From Myxococcota bacterium (GTDB lineage Bacteria; Myxococcota_A; SURF-8; G963677705), in NCBI GenBank assembly GCA_963677705.1, contig OY782497.1, forward strand, positions 1,900,774 through 1,964,773: a stretch of DNA of 64,000 nt. The letters are read 5' to 3'. A program made the translations under genes and the position numbers. Of the stretch, positions 28,801 through 43,800 are shown piece by piece. The stretch's first letter is position 1, and every line of letters starts with the position of its first letter. The notes under the pieces are model-generated. The model was not told the DNA's origin. It saw only the letters and a program-made list of their open reading frames with translations, and did not search any database.

Positions 28801-31800
28801 CGGATCACGATCCGGAATGGTCACCGCGTTGACATCGGTAAGGTACGCGCTGGTGTGACCCAGGTTATCGCGAGCCTGAATACGGAAGCGGTAGGTCGTT
28901 CCCACATTCAGGGAGGGATAATAATATTCGGTTGCGGAGCCATCCACGATCTGGCGTTGATAGGCCGCATCCCAGGTACCGTCGTCATCAACATCCACAT
29001 CCAGGAAGATGTCGTTCACACCGGCGTAGGCATCGGTGCAAGCCGGCCAACGCAGGGTGACACCGAAACCGCTGTCACTGTGATGGTTGGTCAGCGGACC
29101 GGCACAATCCGGACCCTGGGTATCCATCGTGATGTGGTCGATCGCCGCTGCGGCAGTGGTGTTACCACCGGCATCGCGGAACCAGGCATAGACCGTCTTC
29201 ACGCCATCGCCGCCACCGGCCAGGGTGTGCGCCATCGTTGATGTGCCACCGGCTCCGAAGTCCTGCCAGTCTCCGCCGCTGGGTGCGCTAGAATCGTTGC
29301 GCACGGCAACCTGGAGGTTCTGCCAGGGATCGTTGGCCGTCAAGGTCAAGGTGACGTTCAGGCTGGTCGTGTAGGGATCGTTGTTGTTAATGACCACCGT
29401 GGCATCGCTTGGCGGAGTGGTATCCACGATCACCTGACCGATCTCGCTTTGAGGACCGAGGTTATTCACGTTATCGTAGGGAACCACCTTGATGTACCAG
29501 GTGCCATCGGCCAGAGCCGCCGTGTGCTGATAGAAGGCATTGTCGCTCCAACCATCAAACACGCCGCTGCCGAAGCCCGCATCCTGGGACCAGAACACAT
29601 GGTAGGCCTGAGCATCACGCACTCCGGAGAGAGCATCCGTCGTGGCCGTCCAGGTCCAGGTTGGTGTGTTGTCCGCCGTGCGCATGGTTCCGGTCGTCGG
29701 GGCGGGAGCCACCTGGTCCGGACCGGTCTGATCGACGTAGGTGAAGTCCGAGGCAAAGAGGGAAATGTTACCCGCGTTGTCACGGACCCAACCATACACG
29801 GTACGCGCTCCCTCACCACCGATCAGAGTGTGGTTCAACAGAGAGCTTCCATCCCACGAACTGAAGGCACCGTAACCCGGCTCCGTCGGATCATTGGACA
29901 GATAGACGTAGTCGCATCCCTGACCGGAAACCGTCAGGCCCACGGTCACGTTGCTGGACGCATTGTAGTTGTTGCCGTTGTAATAATCCGGCGAAATGGC
30001 CAGGGTATCAATGATGCAACCGGAGATGTCGATTTCCACCTCACCATAGGTGCTGCTCATCATCGTATTGCCCACGGCATCGTAAGCTTCCACCTTCAGG
30101 TACCAGGTCCCTTCATCCAGGTCATCCAGGTGGGTGAAGCTGTTGGTATCCGTCCACGCGGAGTAGGTTTCACCCAGCGGGGATTGCGACCAGTAGACAC
30201 GGTAGACGTTGGACAATGGCATACCGCTTTCGGCATCCGTAGAGGGCGTCCAGGTCCAGGACGGTGTCTGATCGTTGGTCGGAGACATCCCCGTTACCGC
30301 GATACCGGACGGTTCCGTCGGCGGCGTTTTGTCGATCCAGAACGGACCGAGGGTCGCCGTCTCATCCGACCAGTTCCCGGCTTCATCCACGGCACGCAAG
30401 TGCGCGTAGTAGTTCTGGCCGGTGGTGGCAAATGTACAATTGGTCGTAATCGCCGAGTCGTTGAGATCCAACTCGGTGCGGGTGATCTCTCCGGCGTCCT
30501 CGTTGCAGACCACGGCGTAACCCAGGAGTCCGGCGTGTGCATCCACCTTGGTGGCGCGACGGAGGCTCAGGTTATCCAGAAGCAACTCGGTTCCGTTGGA
30601 GAACCCGGCATTGTTGAATACACGGAAGTAGAAGCTCGGATCGCCATAGCCATTCTGCACCGTGACATAACCGGTGTAGTGACCATGAGGCAGGCCCAGG
30701 GAGCAATCCAGGTTGTCACTGCGGGTCGGGCGGCTTTCCGCTTCGTTGGCCATCACACCATCGGCGATGAGATCCGGATGCCCATCAACCGAACCGTCAC
30801 GGAAGAGCAGTTTCCATCCCGCGCCTTCCGGCGGGGTATCCATGCAGTAGTAGTCGAACTCGAAGACATAGCTATCACCGGCTTTCAGGTTTTCAACCTG
30901 CTTGACCATCATCAGGTGTTCTTCACCACCGTCAGCATTGAGATACCAGCTATGACCCCCGAAGAAGCCATCGGTGACACTATCCATTCCCACGGCATCG
31001 TTACGGAACGAGCAGAAGCCGTCGGCGCAGTTGGTGTCTTCGGTCCAGCCTTCGGCCATCGCCCCGACACCCTTCTCAAAGCGTCCGTTCTCAAAGCCGT
31101 TGGCGCTGTTGCCGTCAAGATCCGTCGGCGTGGCAGCAACGTAGTAGGAGGTTTCCGCATCAACGGCTGGATTCCAACCGAAGATCACGTTGGTGTCACC
31201 ACTCCACGCGCCGGTCAGATGACCGCTGGTGGTCGCCAGATCCGTTGCCAGACCCGGAGCGCGATGGTCGTCATAGGTCAGGTCGCTGGTCCAGGTGCGG
31301 TTAGCCACGGCAATCTTGAGGTTGCGGGCATCACCCGTACCGGCACTGTAGGTCGCACCAGCCAGGGTATAGGATGTTTCCGCACCGGTACGTTCATCAT
31401 ACAATTCGCCGATCAGGCTGTCGTCGATGAAGCAACGCACGCGGTTACCTTGAGCCTCAAAGCGCATGGAATAAGAAGCCTGCCCGCTTACCAGAGACTT
31501 GAAGCGCTTCAGCGCATCGGACACGCCGGACGGCGTTTCTTCCAAGCCGGTATCCTGGTACATCAGATAGGCCATGCCGGAGTCCTGATCCACCAGGCAG
31601 GAGTAATGGGCGCCGGTGCTGTCTTGACGAAGCGAGAAGCCCAGGCTTCCGCCGTTGATGTTCAGTACGCTTTCCAAGGCTACATCCGGGCTTTCCACCG
31701 TGGTCGTGAATCCAGGCATGGGTTCATACAGACGGAAGTCCACACCGGTATCGTTGCGGCCATCGCCGCCACCAAGCCATTCCATCTGCGCCAAACGATC

Positions 31801-34800
31801 GGCGACCACATCCATGTGGCTTTGCACCACAAGGTGATTGGCGGGCCAACCGAACAGAGCCGAGGCGAAGCCGCTGCTGGCGGTGGGATTGTAGTACGCC
31901 GCCGCCGGGCTGTTCACCACCAGAGCCAAACCTTTGGAGACGAAGGAGATAACAACCTTACCTTCCACCGCTTCATAGGTGTTGACCAGGGTACCATCGG
32001 CCTGGTAGAGGCTGACCGTCGCGTCCTCACGCATCGTGGCCAAGGAAACCCATTCGGCATCCATCGGCAGCATGAAGGTGGAGGACAAGAGGTTGCTCGG
32101 AATGGCCGGAGCCATTTCCGGCGTTTCAAACTCAGAGACGCGAGTCATACCGAAGGCGCTGAAGATCGCACCATCGCGACCGGCCAGACGCAGGGCGTAG
32201 CCGTTACCATACATATCCCCCATGCCTGTGGCCATGCTGACCACCTCACCGGCCACACAGTTCTGGCTGGCGACTTCTGTACCCGAAAGAGCATAGGCGG
32301 CAACCACACCGTCTTTCAGACAGACGGCGCGGACGGCATCCCCTTCAACGGTGAGGAAGTCACGACCGGCAGGAGCCACCGGGCTGCGACTGGAGCCGTC
32401 TTCCGTGCCGGTATAAACCAAGAGCGGCATGTCGGACTTGACGATGATCGCGCTTTCACGGGTCGGAGGAGAACCGGCATTGATGGTCAGACGCAGGTGA
32501 CGATCCGCACCCAGGGCGTGGACTTCATCCGTCGCGATACGACCCATGCCTTCTACGTAACGATCAATCCGAATCTCTTCATCCTCGGCTTGCGGTCCAA
32601 GAGCGAGAATGTCAATCACCGTCGGCAGACCCATCGGGCGAGCATCGGCAGGCACCGCAAAGCGGGTTCCGGCGAAGCTGTCCGGGATGAGTTCCCCTTC
32701 GGTCACACCGCTGTCGGAGTGCAGCGCGAAGGGAGCCGAACCGGCAATGCGTGTCCAGGGGTTCGGTCCAGCGTTCAAGGTCGCGTTTTCACCGCGGTTG
32801 ATCATGAACTGCTGTTCCCCGTTGGAGACGGTGTTGTTGTCCGCCAAGGACACCACCTGAATGGACGAACCGCTGCTCAGATCCTGACTGACATAGTACA
32901 TGGAATAGCCACCATCCAGCGGATAGAGCGCGCCGGTGGTCTCTCCCATGTCCAGATCATAAGCCAGGCTGGCCAGAGCTTCCGAGCCGTTCCAGGATTG
33001 AGACTCAATGTAGCCATCGCTTTGCAGCGGCAGGCTGCGGTCATACCCGGTGGCGGCCAGGACCGGACCGAAGTCGGTGGGTTCCAAGCCCACCAGATAG
33101 GCTTTCACTTGGAAGCGGTACAACTGGTTGTCATCCAAGCCGGTGACCAGGAAGCCTTCGTTATCTGCTCCGTTCCACTCGTCACGGGAACGCCAGTCTT
33201 CCACCGCAGTGTTGAAGGTGCCCGTGAAGTAGTTGAGATACAGACCGGAATCGACATCCTGAATGGCATACGTCACGGCGTTGCTGTTGCCATCGGCACG
33301 GTGGATAAACAGGCGAATTGCCGCTTCACCATCACCGAGGATGGTACCGTCACCGGTGTAAACCGCGATGGGTTCAAACGGTGTAGAGACGGTTTGGACA
33401 TCCACCTGACCAATGCCGCTTTCCACGGTATTGTTGGCCATGTCGCGAGCCATGACTTTGGCGTACCAGATTCCCGTGGTCAACTCCGCCGAGTGGGTGT
33501 ATTCGTTGGAAAGCAGATCCACCGAATAGACATCCGTGATGAAGTTGGAATCTTTGGACCAGAACAGGGTGTAGGGACGAACGGAGTTCAAACCGCTGTC
33601 CGCATCGCCGGAAGCCGTCCAACTCCAATGCGGAGTCTTGCTTCCCGTCTGGGCTTCGTCCGGTACCGGAGTCCCCGGAGCCGGGAAGGGAGCGGTGATA
33701 TCAAGGAAGGTGCCATCGGAAAGCATTTCGCTTTCGTTACCCGCTTCATCACGGAACACGGCGTACACCGTCTTGGGTCCATTGCCACCCACAAAGGTAT
33801 AGCTGGCCGTCGTGGCAAAGGCTTGATAGGCACCCAGCGTTTCACCGAACCTCATTTCCGTGTTAGATTCATCCACCGTAAGATACAAAGTCACAGTCTG
33901 CTGATTGACGTAATCCGGACCCGGAGCCACGGAAGAGGCAACCACAATGCTTCCGAACGGAGGACGGGTATCCACGGTGAAGCTGGTTTCCAGGCTGGTG
34001 TTGTTGCCCGCACCATCATAGGCGGTGACACGGACATACCATAGGCCATCAGCCAGCGCCGTGGGGAAGGTGAAGCTGGTTTCCGTGGTGTACTGGTTGT
34101 TCGGCGTCGTGGTCAGCTCTTCAACCGTTTGCGCCCAGCGCACGCGGTAGGTGTTGGTCGGACGCGGTCCGCAGAGCGCATCCACCATCGCCGGCCAACT
34201 GATTGTCGGAGTGCTGTCATTGGTCGGATCGACCAAGGCGATGGGACCGGCAAAGGTAGGAGCCTGACGGTCAAGAATGATCGTATCACTCACCGAAGCC
34301 GATTCGTTCCCCGCCAGATCGTTCATTTTGAAGAAGACCGTGCGGGTGCCGTCCTGATCGTCCAGGTAGACGCTGCTCATGATCGTCGAGGCTGTACGCC
34401 AAGACTGCCAGGAGGCATCATCTTCCGGGCTGTAGGCCATCCGGTAGGGAGAACCGGTGTAGGTCTGGCGGCTGACATTAGACAACACCGCCGTGCAGGC
34501 TGCCCCATTGTTCAATTCGTAGGAAGTAACCACCGGCGCAGTCGTATCCACCAGCACAGTACCCGTCGAAGACCAGTCACTGACGTTACCCACTTTGTCT
34601 ACGGCACGCACGCGCAGGTAATGGGTGACACCCGGTTCAGGCAGACTGTTCAGAGCCGTGGCATGGGTGAAGCTTCCGTTCTGGGTTTCCGGGCTGGGAG
34701 CATTCACAAAGATCTGCGTTGTACCGCCACCTTGCGGCCACCATTCCACTTCATAGGCATTGGTTTCCGCCAAGCCGCTTCCGGCATCATTGGCGAAGGA

Positions 34801-37800
34801 CCAACTCCAGGTCGGCGTGGTATCGTTGGTCGCAGCCACTCCGCCCACGCTGGGGGTTCCCGGCGCGGCAGGCGGCAAGGTATCAACGATGATGCTATCG
34901 GAGTTAACCGGTCCGGTGTTCAACACCGTATCGCGGCAGCTCACATACACCTCTCGCTCGCCATCCCCGGCATCCAAGTCGAAGTTGGGAACCGATGCGG
35001 CGAAGGGCACCCAGGTGCAAACCCCCATATCCGAAGGTGTCAGCACGCACATTTCGTGGGCGTCGTTTTCCGTATCGGTAATGGTCAGGGTCACGGTGCT
35101 TCCAGCGACATAGGCATCGCCGTTGTTGATTTCCACCGTGCAGTCCGGGGCGTTGGCATCCAGGTAGATGCTATCACAGATTTCTGCGCTGATGTTGCCA
35201 CCACCGTCACGGAAGCGGGCGCAGATCGTCTTCTCGCCTTCCGTATCGTTGGGCGGATTGAAGTTCCAGGTCAGGCTACTCTGGAAGGGCTGCCAGGTGG
35301 TCGTATCTTCGGGAACCGTGTTGTAGTCCAGGGACATTTCCACGGGGTTCCAGCTATCCGTCGCAGCAAGGCTCACTTCCACCGGCACCAGCGCGGTCAC
35401 CGCCGCACCACCGGCGATGGTCAAAGCAAGGCTTTCCGGTGGCGTGGTATCCAGAATAATGGTGTCCGTTACCGCCGCACTCTCAGTCAATCCGGCATCG
35501 CGGAACTTCACGTATACGGTTTTCACACCGTCCGTAACATGCTCCAGCGTCCAGGACAGGGACGCGGCGAAAGGCTGCCAACTCCCGTAGGTGCTGCCAT
35601 CATTGGACAAGGCCATCTCAATGGGCACCCAGGTGTCACTGGCGCTCAAGGCCAGGCTGACATCTTCGCTGTTGGTCCGCGTCGCACCGGCATTGATCAC
35701 CACCGAACCGGACGGACCGGTGCGGTCGAGGAAGATCTGCTGGCTGACGGAACTGGAAATGTTGCCGCCACCATCACGGAAACGCATGTAAAGGGTCTTG
35801 ATTCCGTCCGTGGTGGAAAGCAGGTCGTAGGTCAGGGTCATGCTGTCCGAGTAGTTCGTCCAGTTGGTCGGCGAACTGGATTCACCGAAGGCCACTTGCA
35901 GCGGCGTCCAGGGGTCCACCGCCGCCGGAGTCAAACTCAAGGTGGTGGACGCGGTGCGGGCATCTCCACCGTTGATGGCGAAGGAACCGACCGGGCCGGT
36001 CATGTCCACGGTGATCGAGTCCGTCAACGGGGTAATGGTAATGTTTCCACCACCGTCACGGAACTGCGCGTAGACCGTGCGTTCGCCCTCGCCGGGCAGC
36101 ATGGTGAAGGGATGCACCGGATCAATGGGCGCCCAGGCTTCCCAACTTGCTGCATCAAAGTTGGTGCTGTTGGAGAAGCGCACGGAGAGCGGTCCCCAGG
36201 CGTCCGTCATATCCACGTCCACATCCACGGTGCTGGAAGCACTGTAGGTTTCGTGGGCCGGGAGCTGATTTCTCAACACGATGGAACCCGTCGGGCCTTC
36301 ATCATCATAGGTGATGCAATCGCTGGCCTCACTCATGTTCCCCGCAACATCGAAGAACTGGGCGTAGACACAATGCTCGGCGTTGGAACCATCCAAGGTC
36401 ATGTAGTAGGTCGAGGCGTAGGCTTCTTCAATGCTCGCCGGAGGATTGACGAAGTCCACCTTCATCGTCTGGACATCGGTGACATCCATCGTCACGGTGA
36501 TGTTCACATCGTTGGTGAAGGCATCGTTGTCGTTGACAACAAAGGAGTTCACCACCGGAGGCTGGCTATCCAGCGTCCAGGGACCGTAATGGTAAGGTTC
36601 GCTCCAGTTACCGGCATTATCCGCCAGACGGACGTGGGCATACCATTCACCATCAGCCAGCGATTCACTGACGATGGCTACGTCACCCGCGCTTGCCGCA
36701 AAGTCGATATCCGGGGTGGCGTTGCGCGTATCGGCAACCTGATCCCAGACCACATCGGCACCGGCAACACCGGTATAGATTTGTTCCATACCCATCTGAA
36801 CCAGAGAGACATCATCCACATAATGCTGTCCCGTACTGGCCGTGGTTCCGATGCTCACTTTCAGGCGATCCCCTGCGGAGTTGTCCACCGCGATCGGCGC
36901 GGAGCGATAGAACAACCAGTTACTCCCGGTGTCCGTGCTTTCATCCATCACCGTCTGCACGAAGGTGAATCCGTTGTAGAGGTCTACCTTGACGGTGAAG
37001 TTTCCACCGGTGGTGCTGTTATGACGGAAGCTCAGCTGGTAGGAATCCATTCCGGCTTCATCGTCAGGTTCAATCATCACCGTCTGACTCATCATCCGTG
37101 CGGTGGCCGTGGTCTTGTTGAAGCGACCATAACGTTCACCGAGGTAGGGAACCACAACGTCCCCGCCCTGCTCGGCCACATAGCCTTCACCGGTGAAGGA
37201 CCAAATGCCCACCGCACCTTGCTCGAAGCCCGGATTCTGCAACAGGTTGCCACGGTTTCCGGCCAAGTCCTGCATATCCGGTGCGAAGTGGAAGGTTTCC
37301 GCCGGATCATCCACACCCAAGGTCAGGCTGATGATCGGGTTGTTGGTCATCCCCACCACAGGAGAGATGGTTTCCGTTCCCACCTCTGGCGGGACGAAGT
37401 CCACCTGGTCCACCGCAACCTTGATACCCGCACCACTGTAGAGCGGAGCCACGCGGAAGTGGTCGAAGCGGGCATAGGGTTGGTTGTTGGCCGAGATCAA
37501 CCCGGCTTTACCGGCTTGGATCGGCGCGGAGATATCCACGACATCAAAGACCAGCGCATCGTTGACGAAGGCGCGGATCTGGCTGCCTCGCACGATGACT
37601 TTCAAGCGGTACCAGGTATTCTGGGCGCTGGTGAAGTCCGCTTCATGCCAGGCGGTTCCCGTTCCGGCAAACTGGGTTGCGCTCTTGTTCAAGAAGGCTT
37701 TACCCACTTCCGGACGCAGGGTGAAAGAATAGTATTCGCTGTCATCCACATACCGGAACAACAGACCGAAGGCATCGTCATCCAGGTTGCTGGCTTCCAC

Positions 37801-40800
37801 GCTGACCACCATATCATGGGTGGACATGCCATCGTACACCAGACCGGTGATGGCTCCGGCGGTCAGTTCGTCGGTCAGGATCTGGTTTCCGCTGGCACTG
37901 ACGATACCCCAGGTTTCATCTTGCAGCACCGTGCTGTAATGCACCAGATGATCGGACTCGAAGTCATCTTCATAACCACCCATCGGCTGGCTTTCTCCAC
38001 CACCGGTGAGTTGGTAGCTGACCACATCCGCCTGGTTCATCGCGATCAGGGCTTTTTCCAGGGTTTCATCTTTGGCCAGAAGCACGGCATCCATACGCAT
38101 CGGTTCCTGGCCCTTCAGGGTCAGGGTGTGCCAGCCTTCGGTCAAGGTCACGCCGCTGTAGGCGTTCCCCCAACCCCAACTGTCATAGCCATCTTCAGAG
38201 ACGAAGACCGCCGGGACATCGCTGTTGGAATCAAAGGCGTAGAAGAAATCGTTCTCGTTGCTGTTTCTGGCATTGCCGCGCAGGTAGAGGTAATACAGCC
38301 CGTCTTCGGGAATGTAGAACTCCATGCTGGCCTGGCTGGAGGCATCGCTGAAGGCCAGGTATTGTCCGGCCAGACTGTCTTCGCTGTGGGTCAGGGTGGC
38401 GCCACTGATCGAAGAGAAGCGCTCCACCTCGAAGAACAACTCTCCGGCAGCCAGTTTCATTTCCACCGGATCGGAACTTCCGGGGTTGCCATCCACCGTC
38501 AGGCTAAAGGGCACATCATGGCCAACCATGACTTCCGGTTCGTTGCGGTCCTTGGTAACCAAGGTTGCCGCCGGGCTGTAATCGGATTCACTGGTTCCCA
38601 GCTTGCTCTTGGTACGGATCTCAATCAGGCTGGCACCGGACAAGGCGGTTCCCACCACGCCGTTCGTACCACCCCACTGGGAGTAGAGGCGCCAGACCGG
38701 AGTATCCGAGGTGAAGGCTCCGGCGGTGGTCATGTATTTGCCGCCGTTGGCATTGGTCCAGATGGCGTAGGTGGTGGTGCCGGGGTTCGCGCCGGTTTCC
38801 ACCTTCACGTTAACCCGCCCACGATGACTGGTCAGCGGCACGTCATCCATCGCCGTGACAACAGGGGCAGGCGGCATCTGAGCGGTAACCACTTCTACGA
38901 TACCGTTCTCACTGGTCAAGGAAGCATTGTTTAACGCATCGTAAGCCACCACGCGGAAGTACCAGGTACCACCACTCAAGGGCGTTACGTGAGTATAGGT
39001 GTTGCTGGTCGTGAAGGCCGTACCGGCAATGCCCGTCGGCGTGGTTCCCCACATCACCGCATAAGTCTGCGAAGTACGCAGGCCGGAGTGGGCATCCGTG
39101 CTGGGAGCCCAGGTCCAGGTGGGATACTGGTTATCCGTCGGCGAACCCGTGGAAGGCACCGGCGTACCGGGCTTGGTGGGTGCCTGATGGTCAGACTTGA
39201 TGGTAAAGACGGAGACCGCAGACTCACCACCGGCATCCTGAGTCAGCACACGGAAGTAGTAGGTGCCGTTCCCCAGAGGACTCAAATCTACCGAGCGATC
39301 CGCGTCTTCCGTGGAAGGCGCACAGCCGTTGGCGGTATCCATACAATACAGTTGAGTACCAACGCTCGGACCAGCCGTGTTGGTCCAGGAGCAGACGGTT
39401 CCCGTCGCGGAACCCCAGGTATTATGGGTGAAGTCCGTACAGGAGATCACCGGTTGAGCCGGAGCGCTCAGGTCGACACGGAAGCGGAACACGCCGATGG
39501 GGGACGCGCCACCCTGGTCAATGTTGACCACACGCAGGTAGTGGTTGCCTTCGGTCAAGCCGGAAACCAGCGTGCTGGGCGAAGCCACCACATTGGACGG
39601 CGTACAGAGGTTGGTGGAATCCAGGCAATAGCGATACTGGCCTGGGCTCGGTCCCGTCGTATCCGTCCAGTTACAGGTACTGGCTGTCGCGTTGGTATAG
39701 ACGTTATCCGTATGGTTGGAGCAGGTTACCACCGGTCGAGCCGGAGCACCGCCATCAATGTGATACGGACCGAAATGCAGGCTATCGCTCCAGTTGCCCG
39801 CCACATCGCGAGCCTTGACGTGGGCATACCAGATACCGTCGGCCAGATCGCTGCTGGTCATCATCGCTTCCGCGGTGTCCAGATTGGGACCGGCATTGTC
39901 ACTATCCGCGACATGATCCCACAAGACATCATACCCGGCGATGACGCTATCCATCACCGCAGTCTGCACACGGCGCACGCGCAGTGCGTCAATCATCATG
40001 CTCTGATCGCCGGTCGGCTTATTGCTGTAGATGCGGAACATCTGAGAGCTGTTCGGACCGGTCTGGAAGTGGGCCACCAGGTGACCGCGTTCACCGGAAG
40101 AGCAGACGAAACTTCCCGTGCTGCCTTTATCCACCACGTTGCCATCATCCAGATAGGCTTTGGCCATACCGTAGCGATCATCTCCCGTCGCGTTACGGAA
40201 GAAGATTTGCCAATGCTGGCCGCTGGAGGCGTCCGGGCAGTAGTAATCCATTTCCAGGATCAGGTTTTCATTGGCCACACCCTCCAGAGATTGAGACAAG
40301 AGGTTGACCGCTTTGGAAACTTTACCCGTCATATTCCAGGAGTAACCACCAAACTGGTTGGTGTTCCCACTGATCCGTTCACCACACCCCAAGGTGGAGC
40401 AACTGGTCGTATAGAAGAAGTGGGTGGCATCAGCGCCATCGCCGTATTCAAAGTCGCCGTTCTTCAGGATGTTGCTCTCATTGTCCTGGGCGTCGATCAT
40501 CGCTCCCTGGAAGTACCAGGTGGTCGCGTTGCCGTTGGGCACATTCCAGGCCAGTTCCACGCTGCGATCCGCAGACCAGTCGGCATCTCCGGTGAGGTGG
40601 GATTCGCTGGCGAAAGTCGGAACATCCGGGGCGGCCTGATCTTGCGCGCCGTAATCGGAAACGGCTTCGCCGGACTGACGCACGCGGATGGACACGTTGT
40701 CCCAACGCACCAAGCCTTTGCGGCTGAACAAACCGATGGGGCTGCCCACACCGAAGTCAACATTTTCCAGACTACCCACCAATTGACCGTTGATGTAGCC

Positions 40801-43800
40801 TCGGACGCTCATCCCGGAAAGCACCAGTTTCAGGTGAATCCAGCTATTCTGGGTCACTGTGGGTTCTTCACGAACGTCCAATTCCTTGAAGGGGTTGGCG
40901 TCGGTATAGCTGTACAGACCACTCTTACCATCCAGATAGCTGATTCCCGATGTAGCCAGCGCTTTGAAGTTCCGATACGTTACCGTACCAAAGGTCAAGC
41001 CGAAGGCTTCTCCGTTGTTGGTCGCGTAGGCATCCGCTTCAAAGATCACGCTCCCCCCGCTGGGCACCGTATCGTTGGTGACAAACACCTCGTTCCCATC
41101 GGTTACCAGACGACCACCAACCAGGTTGGCCCCGGCGGCTCCGATAATCACATTCCAGGAGTCATCCAGTTCGGCAGCCTCGAAGCGATCCGTGAAACCA
41201 CCGGCAGGCACATAGGAACCCAGAAGGTCGTCTTCAGCACGAGACAGAAGCATCGCTTCCGGTAAGGTGCGATACACCGGGCTCGTCTGACCGTTCTCGT
41301 GGCCAATCAGGTATTGACCGTTGCTGGTCATGCAGGAAACACCCAGGCTCCCGGCGGCCCCGCTGGCCGCGTGAGTACCACGGGCGGTTTCAGACCATTC
41401 CCCCGTAGAGGCCGACCAGTCACGCAGGTTGTAATAAGTAATGGGATAGTTCGCCGCGCCGTTACCACCGACGAAAAGCAGACCGTTCTGAACCGCCACA
41501 CCGGCAGCAGTCAACGTGGCACTGGTTTCAAAGTATCCCAAGGCACTGAAGCCGGAGATGGGATCGCCGGTCAGTCTGTAGCGATAGACCCTCGGCTCGC
41601 CAGCCGCAACGCAATAGAGATAGCGTCCATCGGCAGCCAGACCGTGGCAAGCGGCCATGCCGCCACCCAGCTCCGTTTTCACCCACGTTGCGCCATCATC
41701 GGTCACGGTGAACAGGTTCAGGTTACCCGACGCGCCATCCTGGGTGAAGAAGACGTTGTTGCGAGCATCATAGGCCAAGCCCTGATCTGCATCGGAACCC
41801 AGAGCAATGCTACGCACATGACGCCAATCCGAAGTGTGCTGGCAAACTTCACCGGCATTCAGACTGAAAATGTAATCCTGGCTGAAGCCCGTATCCCGCG
41901 AGGAGGCAAAGGCCATATCGCCAGACATCGGAGCATCACCATCGTAGGTATAAGCACCGGTCAACACCTGGGCGGTGTTGTTGCTCCAGGAGATATCCAC
42001 CTGGTTGTTGGCCGTATCGGCGCTGACCATCATCGCCGGAGCCAGAGGCGCAGTGCGGTCGAAGGAACGCACGCTGGCCGGGTCGCTGGCATCGGAAATG
42101 TCTCCTTCAAACCCGGCGAACACGACGAAGCGATGAAGCTCCGCACTACCGACACGGTTGATCTGGGTGTACCCATTCAAACCCTGCCAGGCGTTGAGCG
42201 TATGCCAGTCCGGAGAGCCGGAGCCGATCATGCCCGTTGTGGCATTGACATAGGTCGATGTGGTTTCATCATAGATGGCGTATTCGGTGCTGCTGCTGTT
42301 GGTTCCAGGATTCAGCACGATACGATACGCGCCTTCATCCACACCCAACGGCAAGGAATTAACCGCATACACGACCGGTTGATCAGGCTTGGAAACCTGA
42401 ATCACTTCCACCTGCCCGTTGGCCCAATCGCTGGCCCACCCGGCATTGTCATAAGCACGAACGCGGAAGTACCAGTTGCCACCGGTCAAGTCTACGGTGT
42501 GGGTGTAGGTGGTGGAGGAACTGAACGCGGACTGAATACCCGTCGCCCAACTTGCATCCAAGGTCCACTCGACTTCATAGGTATTGCTGCTGCGCAGACC
42601 GCTGGTCGCATCACTGGCCGCCGTCCAGGTCCAGAGAGGACGCTGGTTACCGGTCGGTGTGGAAGTCATCGGGATGCCCGGTGCTTCCGGCTTGATGCGG
42701 TCCAAAACAATGTCATCGGTAAGAACGGTGGCGGAAATATTTTCGCCGCCATCTCGGAACCAGGCCGTAACAGTCTTCAGGCCATCAGAACCTTCCAGTG
42801 CGAAGGTTCCACCATAAGGCAGATTTTGCCAGTTTCCGGTCTGGCTGCCATCATTACTCAGGGACATGGCCACGGGTTGCCAGGCGTCGGTGGCATCGGC
42901 ATCCACCGTTACGTTGAGGCTTTGAGTGTATTGAGCCCCACCCGCCAGGGAGAAGCTTGGAGCCGTTGGGCCGGTGCGGTCCAGAATGATGTCATCCGCA
43001 TTGGAGACTTCACCCATATCCGTCCAGTTACCCACGGAATCACGCAGACGGACGTAAACCGTGCGGGAACCGTCACTTCCACCGGACAAGGTCCAGGCGT
43101 AGGGATTCTGTGCGGGATCACTGGGGTTGAAGTCTTGAGACAAGCCATCGACTTCGCCGTCAGAGATCGGCGCATCGTTTTTCACCGCAATCTTCACAAC
43201 ATCGTTGGTTGCTCCGACATTCAGGTTGACGTTCAGGCTGTTGGTGCGATCTTCATCATAGTTGATAACCATGTTGGTCCCGGTCGGAGCCCCACAATCC
43301 AGGTTGTAGGTACCGGTCGTCGACCAATCACTCCAATGCCCGGCTTTATCCTGTGCGCGGGCCTGGAAATACCAGGTTTCTTCATCCCCGGTGGAAATAT
43401 CCGAGGTGTGCAGGTAGTTGGCCGCAGCGCTGGAATCCGTCAAGACTCCGGTGCTAAACCCGCTATTCTGACTCCAGCGGACTTCGTAGGGTTGGGTTTC
43501 ATGCAGGCCGACGCCCTGAGCGGCATCGGAACTAGCCGACCAGGTCCAGTAGGGTTGACGGTTGCAGGCTGGTGTAAGAGTCATTGGTCGACCCGGCACC
43601 GAAGGCGGCGTCGTGTCGTAGATGATGGTATCGGAAACCATCACGCTCTCGTTACCCAGAGGATCACGGAACCAGACATAGACGGCGCGGACTCCATCCC
43701 CGGAATTCAAGGTCCAGTTGTTGTGAATCGTCGAATAGGGCCGCCATACACATTCCGGGAGGCTACCGGGACTGGTGGCATTACAGATACGCATTTCGGA